Below, in pieces: positions 1 through 9,135 of a DNA stretch of 64,000 nt; the stretch's first letter is position 1, and the number at the start of each line of letters is the position of its first letter. A program made the position numbers and the translations under genes. The stretch spans positions 1,325-65,324 of the forward strand of contig JANWHN010000055.1 of NCBI GenBank assembly GCA_025450445.1, written 5' to 3'. Below the pieces are notes generated by a model, which was not told where the DNA came from, searched no databases, and was given only the letters and a program-made list of their open reading frames with translations. Source of the DNA: Anaerolineales bacterium (lineage in GTDB: Bacteria > Chloroflexota > Anaerolineae > Anaerolineales > UBA11579).

Positions 1-480
1 CTTAGTATTGTCACAGAGGGCGGCGAAATGGTTTTCGATATTGAGGAAGAGCAGGTCTTTGCATATCTGACTTATGACGCCTACTACTATGAGGATGTCC
101 GAATCGACACCAGTGCACGCAATCTCGGTTCGAACAACAACAACGTCAGCCTGGTCTGTCGCGAGACAGAGGACGGTTGGTACGAATTCAATATCGCCAA
201 CAACGGCCTGTATTCAATTCTTAGGTACGACGCCAACATCAACGAATACACCTTGCTTTACAACGGTGGTTCGACTGCGATCAAGACCGGCAAGGCCACC
301 AATGAGTACACAGCCATCTGTGATGGAGATACTCTTAGCCTGTTTATCAATGGCGTTGAAGCCCGCACGATTGATCACGATAATCGCTATCCTGAAGGAC
401 GCGTTGGGATCTCGGTTTCTTCGTTTGAGAACGTTCCCGTCACCGTTAACTTTGAATGGTTGACGATCAGCGAACCGTAA
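1..480 (+). CDS. C-terminal part of a secreted beta-sandwich (LamG/DUF1080-like) domain protein, open to the left window edge
   Basis: The frame of ORF 28..480 has no stop codon back to nt 1, so the gene probably starts outside the window. The sequence has a beta-rich Asn/Gly/aromatic pattern. A strong hairpin terminator follows. Confidence 0.4.
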   Translation, partial: LSIVTEGGEMVFDIEEEQVFAYLTYDAYYYEDVRIDTSARNLGSNNNNVSLVCRETEDGWYEFNIANNGLYSILRYDANINEYTLLYNGGSTAIKTGKATNEYTAICDGDTLSLFINGVEARTIDHDNRYPEGRVGISVSSFENVPVTVNFEWLTISEP

Positions 481-496
481 ACCGAATCTGACATCT

Positions 497-530
497 TAAA
501 AAAAGGACGGGCAACGCCCGTCCTTTTTTG
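497..530. terminator. Bidirectional intrinsic terminator between convergent genes
   Basis: A-run, stem GGACGGGC/GCCCGTCC, then T-run. Confidence 0.7.
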
Positions 531-2828
531 TTAATTGTTCACAGTTACTAGGCTATACGCCCTGAACAAATTGCCTTCCTGATCAAAAACCTGCAGCTGA
601 ATTGCGTACAATCCGCTTAAGCCAGCTGTATCCCATTCGGCTAAAGAGCCAACACTCGGAATCCCGTCTCGCTCTGCGATCAAGGTCCATTCGCTTGGAA
701 AGAGTCCCTCTCCGATTTGAACGTCGTATGAACCGACATCTGCCGGCACACGGCCAAAGATTCTTACGATCCCGCTCACGGTATCAAATGGTTCAGGAGC
801 AAGAATGGCCGCAGCCGCGCTCTCCAAATCTAGGATGGAAAAAGAATCATAGTCGGTTGGGATTAAGTCAATGCCCGCGGCCCGTGCCCAGTCCTCTGCT
901 TCAACCGGAATCTGAATAAAGAGCCGCTCCTCGATAAATTCTGCTGGGGTAAACACGGTAGCCAGTTTGTTGGTCAGCGTATTCACTGCGACCCTTTCAA
1001 AGAGGGTGTCAGTTGTCGTCGGCAAATTTCCGCTGAGGAAAAACTCACGGCGTGTAGCCGGACAATCCGCATCAGGCAGTTGCCCTGAGGGAACACAGAC
1101 GATCATCGAGCTTAGGCCAGGCGGAACATGCCAGTCTTGGATCGGCAGATCGCGATGAGCGGCCTCAAAAGCGACAGATCCAATATCTGCGGAACCCGGC
1201 TGCGCCCTCCACATCGCCAACACCCGTTGTGCCGAATAGGCTAAGAACCAGGAACCTTCGCCAGTTTCCTCCGCTTGCACGGCTGTCGGGCGCGCAAAAC
1301 TCACTTCTGCCAACGAGGCAGTCGATCGCACGCTGGCGTCGCCCAGTACATCGGTCACAAGATAGGCCAGTTCGCCGCTAATAACTGCAGCGCCTTGGGT
1401 TTGGCTGTGATCCAGTAAGAGATTGTCCCCATCGTGAACAAAGAGAATTGCAGTCCGCGCTTGCGCCCGAATTCCGCCATTTGCAAGGATCGCGTAAGCC
1501 GCGGCAAGATCTAAAGCGGAATGAGGCTCTGACCCCAAGCCAAATTGAGCGAAGACAGTTCCAGCGTAATCGTTTCCGAGGTCTTTTTCAACCGCCGCAG
1601 CCGCGCTCTCGTATCCATTAGCCAAAGCCTCGCGCATGCTGACTGGCCCGTGATTAAGATAAGAGTCAGATTGAGAGCTGTCAGGCAGATCCCAGATCAG
1701 CGACGCTGGAGAACGGCCTTGGGCAAACGCACCAAGATAAATAAACGGATAGAGCATTTTTTCGACTGGGTGAGGTGTGCGGGCATCGCCTAGAAGAGCA
1801 AGAATTTGGCCGTTGCTTGGGTTGAGCACGACCACTTCAGCTTCCTGTGCTTCAATTTCCTGCTGCAGCGACAGGTCGAGCGTAGTGATCACCTCCAAGG
1901 CCCCGCGCTGGATCCGCGTTCGCCCCAGCTCGTCTTCGAGTTGCGAAATTACCAAGTTTGCAAAATCTGGAGCTTGCTCCGCTACCGCCGGTAAGCTGGC
2001 AAAATGTAACGGCTCCGTCAGCGCGGCCGCAAACTGCGCGTCGTTGATAAATCCCTGTTCGTGCATCGCCACCAGCACGAGCCGCTGATACTCAATCGCA
2101 AGCTCGGGCGCGTCGAAAGGATTGAGCGCTGGTACCTGTGCCACCGCCGCTAACAGCGCCGATTCCGCCAGGCTCAGCTCTGCCGCCGGCTTGCCAAAGT
2201 AAAGCTTCGCCGCGCTCTCGACTCCAAATGTCCAATACCCAAAAGTGGCTGAATTGAGCGCCCAGGTCAAGATCTGCTGCCGTCCATATCGCGCCGTTAC
2301 AAAACTTGCTAGCATCCGAGCGCGCAGATTCTTTAGCCAGCCATCTGCCTCATCCGCGAGCAACAGGTCGGCAGCCAGGCGCTCGGCTAGCGTGGTTGGG
2401 CGCTGATTCAGGCTCGTCCACAAGAAGCCGCCGTGATCTAAAAATCCGGGATCGGCGCTAGCAATGAATGCTGTAGCGAGCATCGGGTTGTCGCTTGCTT
2501 CAATGAAAACACGTGGCGCGTTGGGCGGCTCGAGTGTGGTTAAAAGATTCTGCCCAGTCCGGTCGTACAGACGGGTGGGCTGTAGCAACTCGCCGGTTTG
2601 TGGATTTAGCAAAATCTCTAGCTCCTGAACACTTGGCAATCCGAATGAAACGTAAGCATAGAGTGGTGCAGCGGCAAGGGCGGCGAAGGCCAAGACAATG
2701 CTCACGGCTGCGAGGACAACCGTTGCGATAGCCAGCGTGCGTTGACCAACCGTGCGCGCCCGCCTGCGTTTGCGTGCACGCCGCTGGTGGATCAGTTCTA
2801 CGACATGCACTAGATGTGAGTCTGCCAC
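531..2828 (-). CDS. Class A penicillin-binding-protein homologue (GT51 + transpeptidase fold) with substituted catalytic motifs, plus a C-terminal Ig-like domain
   Basis: Basic N-terminus plus a TM helix. GT51-like blocks IASADPGFLDHGG and RQQILTWALN..YFGKPAAELSLAESALLA. Transpeptidase-like blocks VVVLNPSNGQILALLGD and WFLAYS. Confidence 0.75.
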   Translation of the reverse strand: MADSHLVHVVELIHQRRARKRRRARTVGQRTLAIATVVLAAVSIVLAFAALAAAPLYAYVSFGLPSVQELEILLNPQTGELLQPTRLYDRTGQNLLTTLEPPNAPRVFIEASDNPMLATAFIASADPGFLDHGGFLWTSLNQRPTTLAERLAADLLLADEADGWLKNLRARMLASFVTARYGRQQILTWALNSATFGYWTFGVESAAKLYFGKPAAELSLAESALLAAVAQVPALNPFDAPELAIEYQRLVLVAMHEQGFINDAQFAAALTEPLHFASLPAVAEQAPDFANLVISQLEDELGRTRIQRGALEVITTLDLSLQQEIEAQEAEVVVLNPSNGQILALLGDARTPHPVEKMLYPFIYLGAFAQGRSPASLIWDLPDSSQSDSYLNHGPVSMREALANGYESAAAAVEKDLGNDYAGTVFAQFGLGSEPHSALDLAAAYAILANGGIRAQARTAILFVHDGDNLLLDHSQTQGAAVISGELAYLVTDVLGDASVRSTASLAEVSFARPTAVQAEETGEGSWFLAYSAQRVLAMWRAQPGSADIGSVAFEAAHRDLPIQDWHVPPGLSSMIVCVPSGQLPDADCPATRREFFLSGNLPTTTDTLFERVAVNTLTNKLATVFTPAEFIEERLFIQIPVEAEDWARAAGIDLIPTDYDSFSILDLESAAAAILAPEPFDTVSGIVRIFGRVPADVGSYDVQIGEGLFPSEWTLIAERDGIPSVGSLAEWDTAGLSGLYAIQLQVFDQEGNLFRAYSLVTVNN

Positions 2829-2862
2829 GTCGAGATTCTACTCAATGACCCCATTTGCCCCT

Positions 2863-2871
2863 ATGCTAAAA
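2863..2871 (+). promoter_or_regulatory. Candidate extended -10 promoter (TGCTAAAAT) for the 2918 gene
   Basis: TGnTAAAAT lies about 45 nt upstream of an AAGGAG Shine-Dalgarno and the ATG at 2918. Confidence 0.35.
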
Positions 2872-2917
2872 TGATTTCAAGACCCGCAGATTTTGTAAAC
2901 TTGCTTAAGGAGCGATC

Positions 2918-3313
2918 ATGGGCAGCTTGTCTGACGTGCGTTGGGGTAGGGTGCTGGTGGGAACCATAGGTTCGTTAGTACTCAGCTTTCTAATTGGCGT
3001 TCTTATCGTAACCTTATATGCATCATATCTAGCCTTCCAGGTTCGCGGAGCTCCCGATCAGGGGGCGATTCAAGGATTTGCTACTAGCATTTTGCCTTGG
3101 CTGAGTCCCTTGGTTACCTTCGCCTCCACGTTTTTTATGGCCCGTTGGGCAGCCAAAGGCGCTGCCAGCGGTAAACAGATTAACGGTCTAATTGTCGGTA
3201 TCCTTGTCGCTGTTGTTGGCTTGGTCCTGAATGGCTTCAGTTTTGCTGTTGCCTCGTTGCTCGACGCCGTTATTGCTATCGTCGCTGGCTGGGTTGGCGG
3301 TCGCGCCGCATGA
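2918..3313 (+). CDS. Small integral membrane protein (4 predicted TM helices)
   Basis: AAGGAG Shine-Dalgarno upstream; hydrophobic helices throughout. Confidence 0.6.
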   Translation: MGSLSDVRWGRVLVGTIGSLVLSFLIGVLIVTLYASYLAFQVRGAPDQGAIQGFATSILPWLSPLVTFASTFFMARWAAKGAASGKQINGLIVGILVAVVGLVLNGFSFAVASLLDAVIAIVAGWVGGRAA

Positions 3314-4449
3314 GTTCAAATCACAAATTAACCATCCCCGATCGCGTCTTGCTTGGGCCCGGGCCGAGCGAGATGCCAGCCCGCGTGCTCCAAGCGCTGG
3401 CGATGCCAGTCATCGGTCATCTCGACCCCGCATTTCTCCAGATCATGGATGGCGTGCAGCAAATGCTGCGCGATATTTTCCAAACAAAGAACAAACTCAC
3501 TATCCCAGTCTCTGGCACTGGCAGCGCCGGTATGGAAGCCGCGCTCTCCAACTTCATCGAACCCGGAGATCGCGTATTGATCGGTGTGATCGGCTATTTT
3601 GGCGAGCGCATGGTCGACATGGCCGGGCGTTACGGCGCCACTGTCGACCGCATTGAAGTCCCTTGGGGGCAGGTGTTGGATCTCGAGGAAGTCAAAAAAG
3701 CGCTCGGCAAACATTCTTACAAATTGCTCGCTGTTGTACATGGCGAAACATCCAGCGGAGCGCAACAGCCAAATATCAAAGAATTGGCCAAGCTTGCCCA
3801 CGAACACGGCGCGCTGTTCATCTTGGACACAGTCGCTTCGCTCGGCGGCGTGCCCGTCGAAGTCGACGATTGGAATGTCGACGTTGCCTTTAGCGGATCT
3901 CAAAAAGCTATTTCGGCTTCCCCCGGCCTCGCCCCGATCACCATTGGTAAACGGGCCGAAGAAGTGTTGAGCAATCGCAAGACCCAAGTCGGCAACTGGT
4001 ATCTCTCACTGAGTGAAGTCCAAAAATATTGGGGAAAAGAACGTACGTATCACCACACCGCGCCCATCCAGCTCAACTACGCAATGCATGAAGCTCTAAG
4101 CATCGTAGCCGAAGAGGGTCTCGAAGCACGGTTCTCCCGCCACCGTCAGAACGCCGAAAAGCTATGGGAGGGGATCGAAGAGCTGGATATGGAAATGCTC
4201 GTGAAAAAGGAAAACCGCCTCGTCACTGTGACATCGGTAAAGGTTCCCCCTTCAGCTAGTCACGACCATGTCAAGAAGCATTTGCTTGAGGATTACGGGA
4301 TTGAAGTTGGGGCTGGCCTGGGGCAACTAAAGGGACAGATCTGGCGCATCGGTTTGATGGGTCACAGTAGCCGCCGCGAATACGTTACTCTAGTGCTGGC
4401 AGCTCTGCGCGAGATAGTGGCCGCCGGAGGGCCGCAGAACGCAAATTAG
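3310..4449 (+). CDS. Class V PLP aminotransferase (serine-pyruvate / alanine-glyoxylate aminotransferase type)
   Basis: LLGPGPS start, GTGSAGMEAA, and the PLP-lysine block FSGSQKAISASPG. Confidence 0.85.
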   Translation: MSSNHKLTIPDRVLLGPGPSEMPARVLQALAMPVIGHLDPAFLQIMDGVQQMLRDIFQTKNKLTIPVSGTGSAGMEAALSNFIEPGDRVLIGVIGYFGERMVDMAGRYGATVDRIEVPWGQVLDLEEVKKALGKHSYKLLAVVHGETSSGAQQPNIKELAKLAHEHGALFILDTVASLGGVPVEVDDWNVDVAFSGSQKAISASPGLAPITIGKRAEEVLSNRKTQVGNWYLSLSEVQKYWGKERTYHHTAPIQLNYAMHEALSIVAEEGLEARFSRHRQNAEKLWEGIEELDMEMLVKKENRLVTVTSVKVPPSASHDHVKKHLLEDYGIEVGAGLGQLKGQIWRIGLMGHSSRREYVTLVLAALREIVAAGGPQNAN

Positions 4450-4463
4450 TTTTCAGGAGGCTC

Positions 4464-4700
4464 ATGCGCAAACTGGAGTTCACCAGGGTGGTAGCCATCC
4501 GGAATATGAAACTGACTAAGGGCGGATCCGATGCTGCCATCTACGATTGCGATGTGATTGAGCACGACAACCGCAAGCTGCTCCGCCAACCACTGGTCGA
4601 TTACCTCAACAAGCTCGGCCAGGAAGGCTGGGAGATCAAAGCCTCCGATAGCAGCGAAAATGCTTTTTCAGTAATTTTGCAGCGCGAAGCCCTTTCCTAA
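4464..4700 (+). CDS. Small conserved hypothetical protein (DUF4177-like by recollection)
   Basis: AGGAGG Shine-Dalgarno 6 nt upstream; C-terminal LNKLGQEGWEI motif. Confidence 0.5.
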   Translation: MRKLEFTRVVAIRNMKLTKGGSDAAIYDCDVIEHDNRKLLRQPLVDYLNKLGQEGWEIKASDSSENAFSVILQREALS

Positions 4701-4740
4701 ACCGCAAAATCTTGGCTAAAATCTTGCATCATCTTGTAAC

Positions 4741-5100
4741 GTGAACCGTTATATCGCTTTTGGTGTCACCATTCTGGTTGGCTTGATCGCCAGCCTTTAT
4801 TTTGCTTGGATGGGTGGGATCGCGAATGTCAGCGACGCTGAGCCCAACCTTCTGCGCGAGGATTTCCGCGCCGACTATGCGCTCATGGTCGCTGAGGCTT
4901 TCCAGACAAATACCGATGTCGAGGAAGCTGTTGCGCACCTTGCTTTCTTGGACGCAGAAAGCGCGATCACGCCTGTCGAGGAAGCGATCGACTTCGGCCA
5001 GGAAGCTGGTTTCTCGGATAGCGACCTCGCTCTGCTCGACAATCTTGCCGATGCCTTGGTTGTATTCAATCCTGACTTCGCGCCCACGCCGACACCATGA
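4741..5100 (+). CDS. N-terminally membrane-anchored hypothetical protein
   Basis: GTG start, one TM helix, acidic ectodomain. Its stop overlaps the next start (ATGA). Confidence 0.5.
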   Translation: MNRYIAFGVTILVGLIASLYFAWMGGIANVSDAEPNLLREDFRADYALMVAEAFQTNTDVEEAVAHLAFLDAESAITPVEEAIDFGQEAGFSDSDLALLDNLADALVVFNPDFAPTPTP

Positions 5101-5867
5101 TCAAGCCCCCCGAACGCCGTCCTCCGTTTTATCTAGTCACCGGTTTAATCATTGGCGCGCTCATTGGCTTTCTTTCCGCTTGGGTTTTCCCTGCGGTTGC
5201 GGTCGATGTTTCCCCTGCCAGCCTTTCCGCTGAACACAAAGAGACATATCGCCTCTTGGTAGCGCTCTCTTATGCGGCTTCCGGCGACCTGGGCCGCGCC
5301 CAGGCGCGACTCACTCTCATCGAAGACGGTGATCCCGTTCGCGCTTTAGCCAGCCAGGCGCAGGTTGCGCTCACCAATAATAGTACCCAGCGCGAAGCCC
5401 GAGCTCTCGCAAGCCTAGCCGCCGATCTGGACGCGGTGATCGAAGCTCAGCAAGCCACTCAGGTCGCCGTCAACACGCCCAATCCGGATGAACAAGGCGA
5501 GATCTCAACCCCATTCACGACAGGGGCGGAAGAAGCGACTTATTTCTTAGACAACCAAGAGTTGATCTGCGAAAGCAGCCAAACTCCGCCAATGATCAAG
5601 TTGTTCGTGTTCGATCCGAATCACAATGCCCAGGCTGGCGTTCGCATTACCGTGAGTTCCCTTGAAGAAATTGAGGAATTTGTAACTGGCTCCAAGCCCG
5701 AATTTGGTCCAGGATATGCCGATTACGTTTTAACCCCTGGGCAGCAATACACTTTGTCGATCAACGGAGTTGAAATGTTGGGTGGATTGCAAGCCGCTGC
5801 CTGCGAAACCGATGCCGGCGAGCCGGCCTGGGGCGCCTGGCTCATGCTTTTCAATGCGGCAGAATAG
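5097..5867 (+). CDS. N-terminally membrane-anchored hypothetical protein with a C-terminal beta domain; its N-terminal module is paralogous to the previous gene
   Basis: One TM helix. L..EHKETYRLLVALSYAAS..A.A.L resembles LREDFRADYALMVAEAF...A.AHL in the upstream ORF. Confidence 0.55.
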   Translation: MIKPPERRPPFYLVTGLIIGALIGFLSAWVFPAVAVDVSPASLSAEHKETYRLLVALSYAASGDLGRAQARLTLIEDGDPVRALASQAQVALTNNSTQREARALASLAADLDAVIEAQQATQVAVNTPNPDEQGEISTPFTTGAEEATYFLDNQELICESSQTPPMIKLFVFDPNHNAQAGVRITVSSLEEIEEFVTGSKPEFGPGYADYVLTPGQQYTLSINGVEMLGGLQAAACETDAGEPAWGAWLMLFNAAE

Positions 5868-8072
5868 TTAATCCTTTACTCCAAAATGTTGCGGCTTGAG
5901 CTTCAGACCGGCAGGGTTGAGCCTTTTCGCCAAACCGCTCCAACGTTCCGCAACCTTGTTATTCTTGATCGCCATCGCGATCGCTTTCTTGTTTCCTACC
6001 AGCACGCACAATCGTTGTGCACGCGTTACTGCCGTGTAAAGTAAATTGCGCTGCAACATTACATAGTGCTGCGTCAAAACCGGAAAAACAACCACTGGAA
6101 ATTCCGATCCTTGTGCCTTGTGCACAGTGATCGCGTAAGCCAGAGTAAGCTGGTCGGCTTCGCTCCATTCGTAAATTACGCCGCGGCCTTCGAACTCAAC
6201 CGTTAGAGTCTGTTCTTCCATGTCAAATCCCTTTAGCAATCCTATATCACCATTGAAGACGGCTTTGTCGTAGTCGTTCTTGACCTGCATTACCCGGTCG
6301 CCGACTCGCAGCAGCTGGCCAAAGAACGAACGCTCAACTTTCAGCGCGCTGGCTGGATTGAGGGCGTCTTGCAAAGCAGCATTCAGCGCGCTGACACCAG
6401 CTGGTCCCCGATACATCGGGGTCAAGACCTGGATATCTTGCAGCGCATCCTTTTTGAAATTCTTCGGAATTCGTTCAGAGACCAATGTCACCACTTTCGC
6501 AGCAGCGTCTTCTGCGCTATCGGTCGAATCCACAAAAAAGTCACCGTTCGTGTTCTTGCTTGAGACCGGCATCTCGCCTGCGTTGATCCGGTGGGCATTG
6601 GTGATAATCTGCGAACCTTCATCCTGCCGGTAGATCATCTGCAGTCGGGTCAGCGGCGCCACCTCGCTGGCGATGATCTCGCGTAGCACATCACCGGCAC
6701 CCACAGATGGCAGCTGATCGACGTCGCCGACCAACACAAGATGCGTTCCTGGTTTCAGGGCTTTTAGCAAACTATTCGTCAGCAGCAGGTCGAGCATTGA
6801 AGCTTCGTCCACCACCAGCATATCGATTGGCAGCGTGTTTTCCTCGTTGTACTTTGCACCTTCGGTTCCTTTGTAACCAAGCAGGCGGTGAATTGTGCTG
6901 GCTTGCCGGTTGGCCGCTTGCCCCAGCCGCTTCGCCGCCCGACCAGTAGGCGACGCCAGCGAATACTTCTTCCCACTCAGCTCCAACGCCGCGATAAGTG
7001 CGCGGATGGTCGTGGTTTTTCCAGTCCCTGGACCTCCGGTCAGCACGCTTACGGGATGCTGCAACGATTGCACAACTGCCTTTTGCTGATCCGCACTAAG
7101 CCGCTGATCTAGAGCCAACAGCCCGAGCCCAAAGCGCAGCTCAGGTAAATCCAGCATCGCGCTCTCTTTGGTGTCGAGCACCCCGCGCAGGAGTTTGGCG
7201 ATGCTTACTTCGGCTTCGTGCAACGCTGCCGGATAGATCGCCTCGCCTTCTATCACTATCGCTACTTGAAAGCCAAGCCGATCAACAGCTGCCTCAATTG
7301 GTTCTCTTTGCGTGCCAAGCAATTCGGCGGCCCGGTTAATCAATTCCGCCCTTGGAGCATAGACATGGCCTTCGCCTGTAAATTCATTTAGAGTGTAGAT
7401 CAGCCCGGCTTCCAGGCGAGTGGGGTGGTCTGCCGGCAAACCTAGCGACTGGGCGATTCGGTCGGCGGTCTTGAAACCAACGCCATACATATCGCGGGCT
7501 AGCTGGTACGGATCGCGCTGCACGATCTCGAGTGACCGATTGCCGTATTGCTTGTGTATCTTGGTCGCCAGGTTCGTGCTCACTCCATGGCTGTGGAGGA
7601 ATAACATCACCTGCCGGACTTGCTTCTGATCTTCCCAAGCAGCCAGGATTCGTTCGCTGCGTTTTGGTCCAATGTCCGCCACCTCGCGCAATCGCTCGGG
7701 ATGCTTATCGATGATCTCGATCGTTTTCTCGCCGAAATGGCTGACGATGCGCTCGGCGAATGCTGGCCCCACACCCTTCAACAATCCTGAGCTCAAATAG
7801 CGCCGAATGCCTTCAAGGGTTACCGGCATTGTTTGTTCGAGAATGTCTACTTTGAACTGGACGCCATGCTTTGGATGCTTGACCCACTCGCCGCTCAGTT
7901 GCAAATATTCGCCAATCACCAGTTCGGGCAGATTGCCGGTGACTGTGACTAGGCCTTCCTTATCCTGAGATAAAGCGTCCTCGTCCGGCTTAATCCTCAG
8001 CACGCAGTAACCGTTCTCTGCGTTGTAGTAGGTCACCCGCGTCACAGAACCGCTCAGTTTGTCTTCTGGCAT
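5868..8072 (-). CDS. recD2: RecD2-type SF1B ATP-dependent DNA helicase
   Basis: Walker A GGPGTGKTT, DEASMLD, VGDVDQLPSVG, TVHKAQGSEF, and helix-hairpin-helix N-terminal region. Confidence 0.9.
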   Translation of the reverse strand: MPEDKLSGSVTRVTYYNAENGYCVLRIKPDEDALSQDKEGLVTVTGNLPELVIGEYLQLSGEWVKHPKHGVQFKVDILEQTMPVTLEGIRRYLSSGLLKGVGPAFAERIVSHFGEKTIEIIDKHPERLREVADIGPKRSERILAAWEDQKQVRQVMLFLHSHGVSTNLATKIHKQYGNRSLEIVQRDPYQLARDMYGVGFKTADRIAQSLGLPADHPTRLEAGLIYTLNEFTGEGHVYAPRAELINRAAELLGTQREPIEAAVDRLGFQVAIVIEGEAIYPAALHEAEVSIAKLLRGVLDTKESAMLDLPELRFGLGLLALDQRLSADQQKAVVQSLQHPVSVLTGGPGTGKTTTIRALIAALELSGKKYSLASPTGRAAKRLGQAANRQASTIHRLLGYKGTEGAKYNEENTLPIDMLVVDEASMLDLLLTNSLLKALKPGTHLVLVGDVDQLPSVGAGDVLREIIASEVAPLTRLQMIYRQDEGSQIITNAHRINAGEMPVSSKNTNGDFFVDSTDSAEDAAAKVVTLVSERIPKNFKKDALQDIQVLTPMYRGPAGVSALNAALQDALNPASALKVERSFFGQLLRVGDRVMQVKNDYDKAVFNGDIGLLKGFDMEEQTLTVEFEGRGVIYEWSEADQLTLAYAITVHKAQGSEFPVVVFPVLTQHYVMLQRNLLYTAVTRAQRLCVLVGNKKAIAMAIKNNKVAERWSGLAKRLNPAGLKLKPQHFGVKD

Positions 8073-8126
8073 GTTTCGATTATAAGAGGCCCGAGTCCAG
8101 TGTTATCCTCTTCTGCAAGGAACAAA

Positions 8127-9101
8127 ATGGAATATGCAAAATTAGGAAAATCGGATCTAAACGTATCTCGCATTTGTCTGGGCATGATGAGCTATGGCAC
8201 GTCCAAATGGCGCGATTGGGTGCTGGACGAAGAACCCAGCCGCCCGATCATTCAACGGGCGATTGAAATGGGAATTAACTTCTTCGATACGGCCAATATG
8301 TATTCCAATGGCGTAAGCGAAGAAGTTACCGGCCGAGCGTTGAAAGACTTTGCTAAGCGCGATCAAGTTGTGCTTGCTACCAAAGTCTTTTTTCCCTACA
8401 CGGGCTGGCAAGGTGGGCTGAAGCGTGCCCAGATCACCCAGGCGATCGAAGACTCACTCCGCCGCCTCGGTACCGATTATGTGGACCTCTATCAAATTCA
8501 CAGATGGGATTACGACACGCCAATCGAGGAAACTCTCGAAGCGCTTCATAGGCTTGTCCAAGCCGGCAAAGTGCGCTACATCGGGGCTTCCAGCATGTTC
8601 GCTTATCAATTCTCAAAATCCCTCTACCTGGCCGATCTGCATGACTGGACCCGCTTCGTCAGCATGCAAAATCATTACAACTTGGTTTACCGCGAAGAAG
8701 AGCGCGAAATGATTCCCCTCTGCGTTGAAGAAGGCGTCGGTCTCATCCCCTGGAGCCCGCTCGCTCGCGGCTTTCTCGCCGCCAACCGCACCCCGGATAG
8801 GGGCGGAGCGACCACTCGCGCAAAGTCAGATGCGTACGCCAAAGACATGTATTACGCGGACGAGGACTTCAAGATTGTCGAGCAGGTGCAAACCTTGGCT
8901 GAAAAGAAAGGGGCCAAGCCCGCCCAGATCGCGCTGGCTTGGATCCTTCACAAGCCGGGCGTTGTTGCCCCAATCATTGGCGCCACCAAGATGTACCAGC
9001 TTGAAGATGCGGTTGCCGCTTCGCATATTGAACTATCAGCTGAAGATATGGATCACTTGGAGGAATTCTACGTGCCGCACCGAGTCCTTGGACACAGCTG
9101 A
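8127..9101 (+). CDS. Aldo/keto reductase family oxidoreductase
   Basis: LGKSDLNVSRICLGMM, FFDTANMY, DLYQIHRWD, IIGATK. ATG 8127 has an AAGGA Shine-Dalgarno; the track start at 8100 is a GTG without one. Confidence 0.9.
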   Translation: MEYAKLGKSDLNVSRICLGMMSYGTSKWRDWVLDEEPSRPIIQRAIEMGINFFDTANMYSNGVSEEVTGRALKDFAKRDQVVLATKVFFPYTGWQGGLKRAQITQAIEDSLRRLGTDYVDLYQIHRWDYDTPIEETLEALHRLVQAGKVRYIGASSMFAYQFSKSLYLADLHDWTRFVSMQNHYNLVYREEEREMIPLCVEEGVGLIPWSPLARGFLAANRTPDRGGATTRAKSDAYAKDMYYADEDFKIVEQVQTLAEKKGAKPAQIALAWILHKPGVVAPIIGATKMYQLEDAVAASHIELSAEDMDHLEEFYVPHRVLGHS

Positions 9102-9104
9102 CAA

Positions 9105-9134
9105 CAAAAAACCCCGGCGATGCCGGGGTTTTTA
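9105..9134. terminator. Bidirectional intrinsic terminator
   Basis: A-run, stem CCCCGGC/GCCGGGG, then T-run. Confidence 0.7.
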
Positions 9135-9135
9135 T

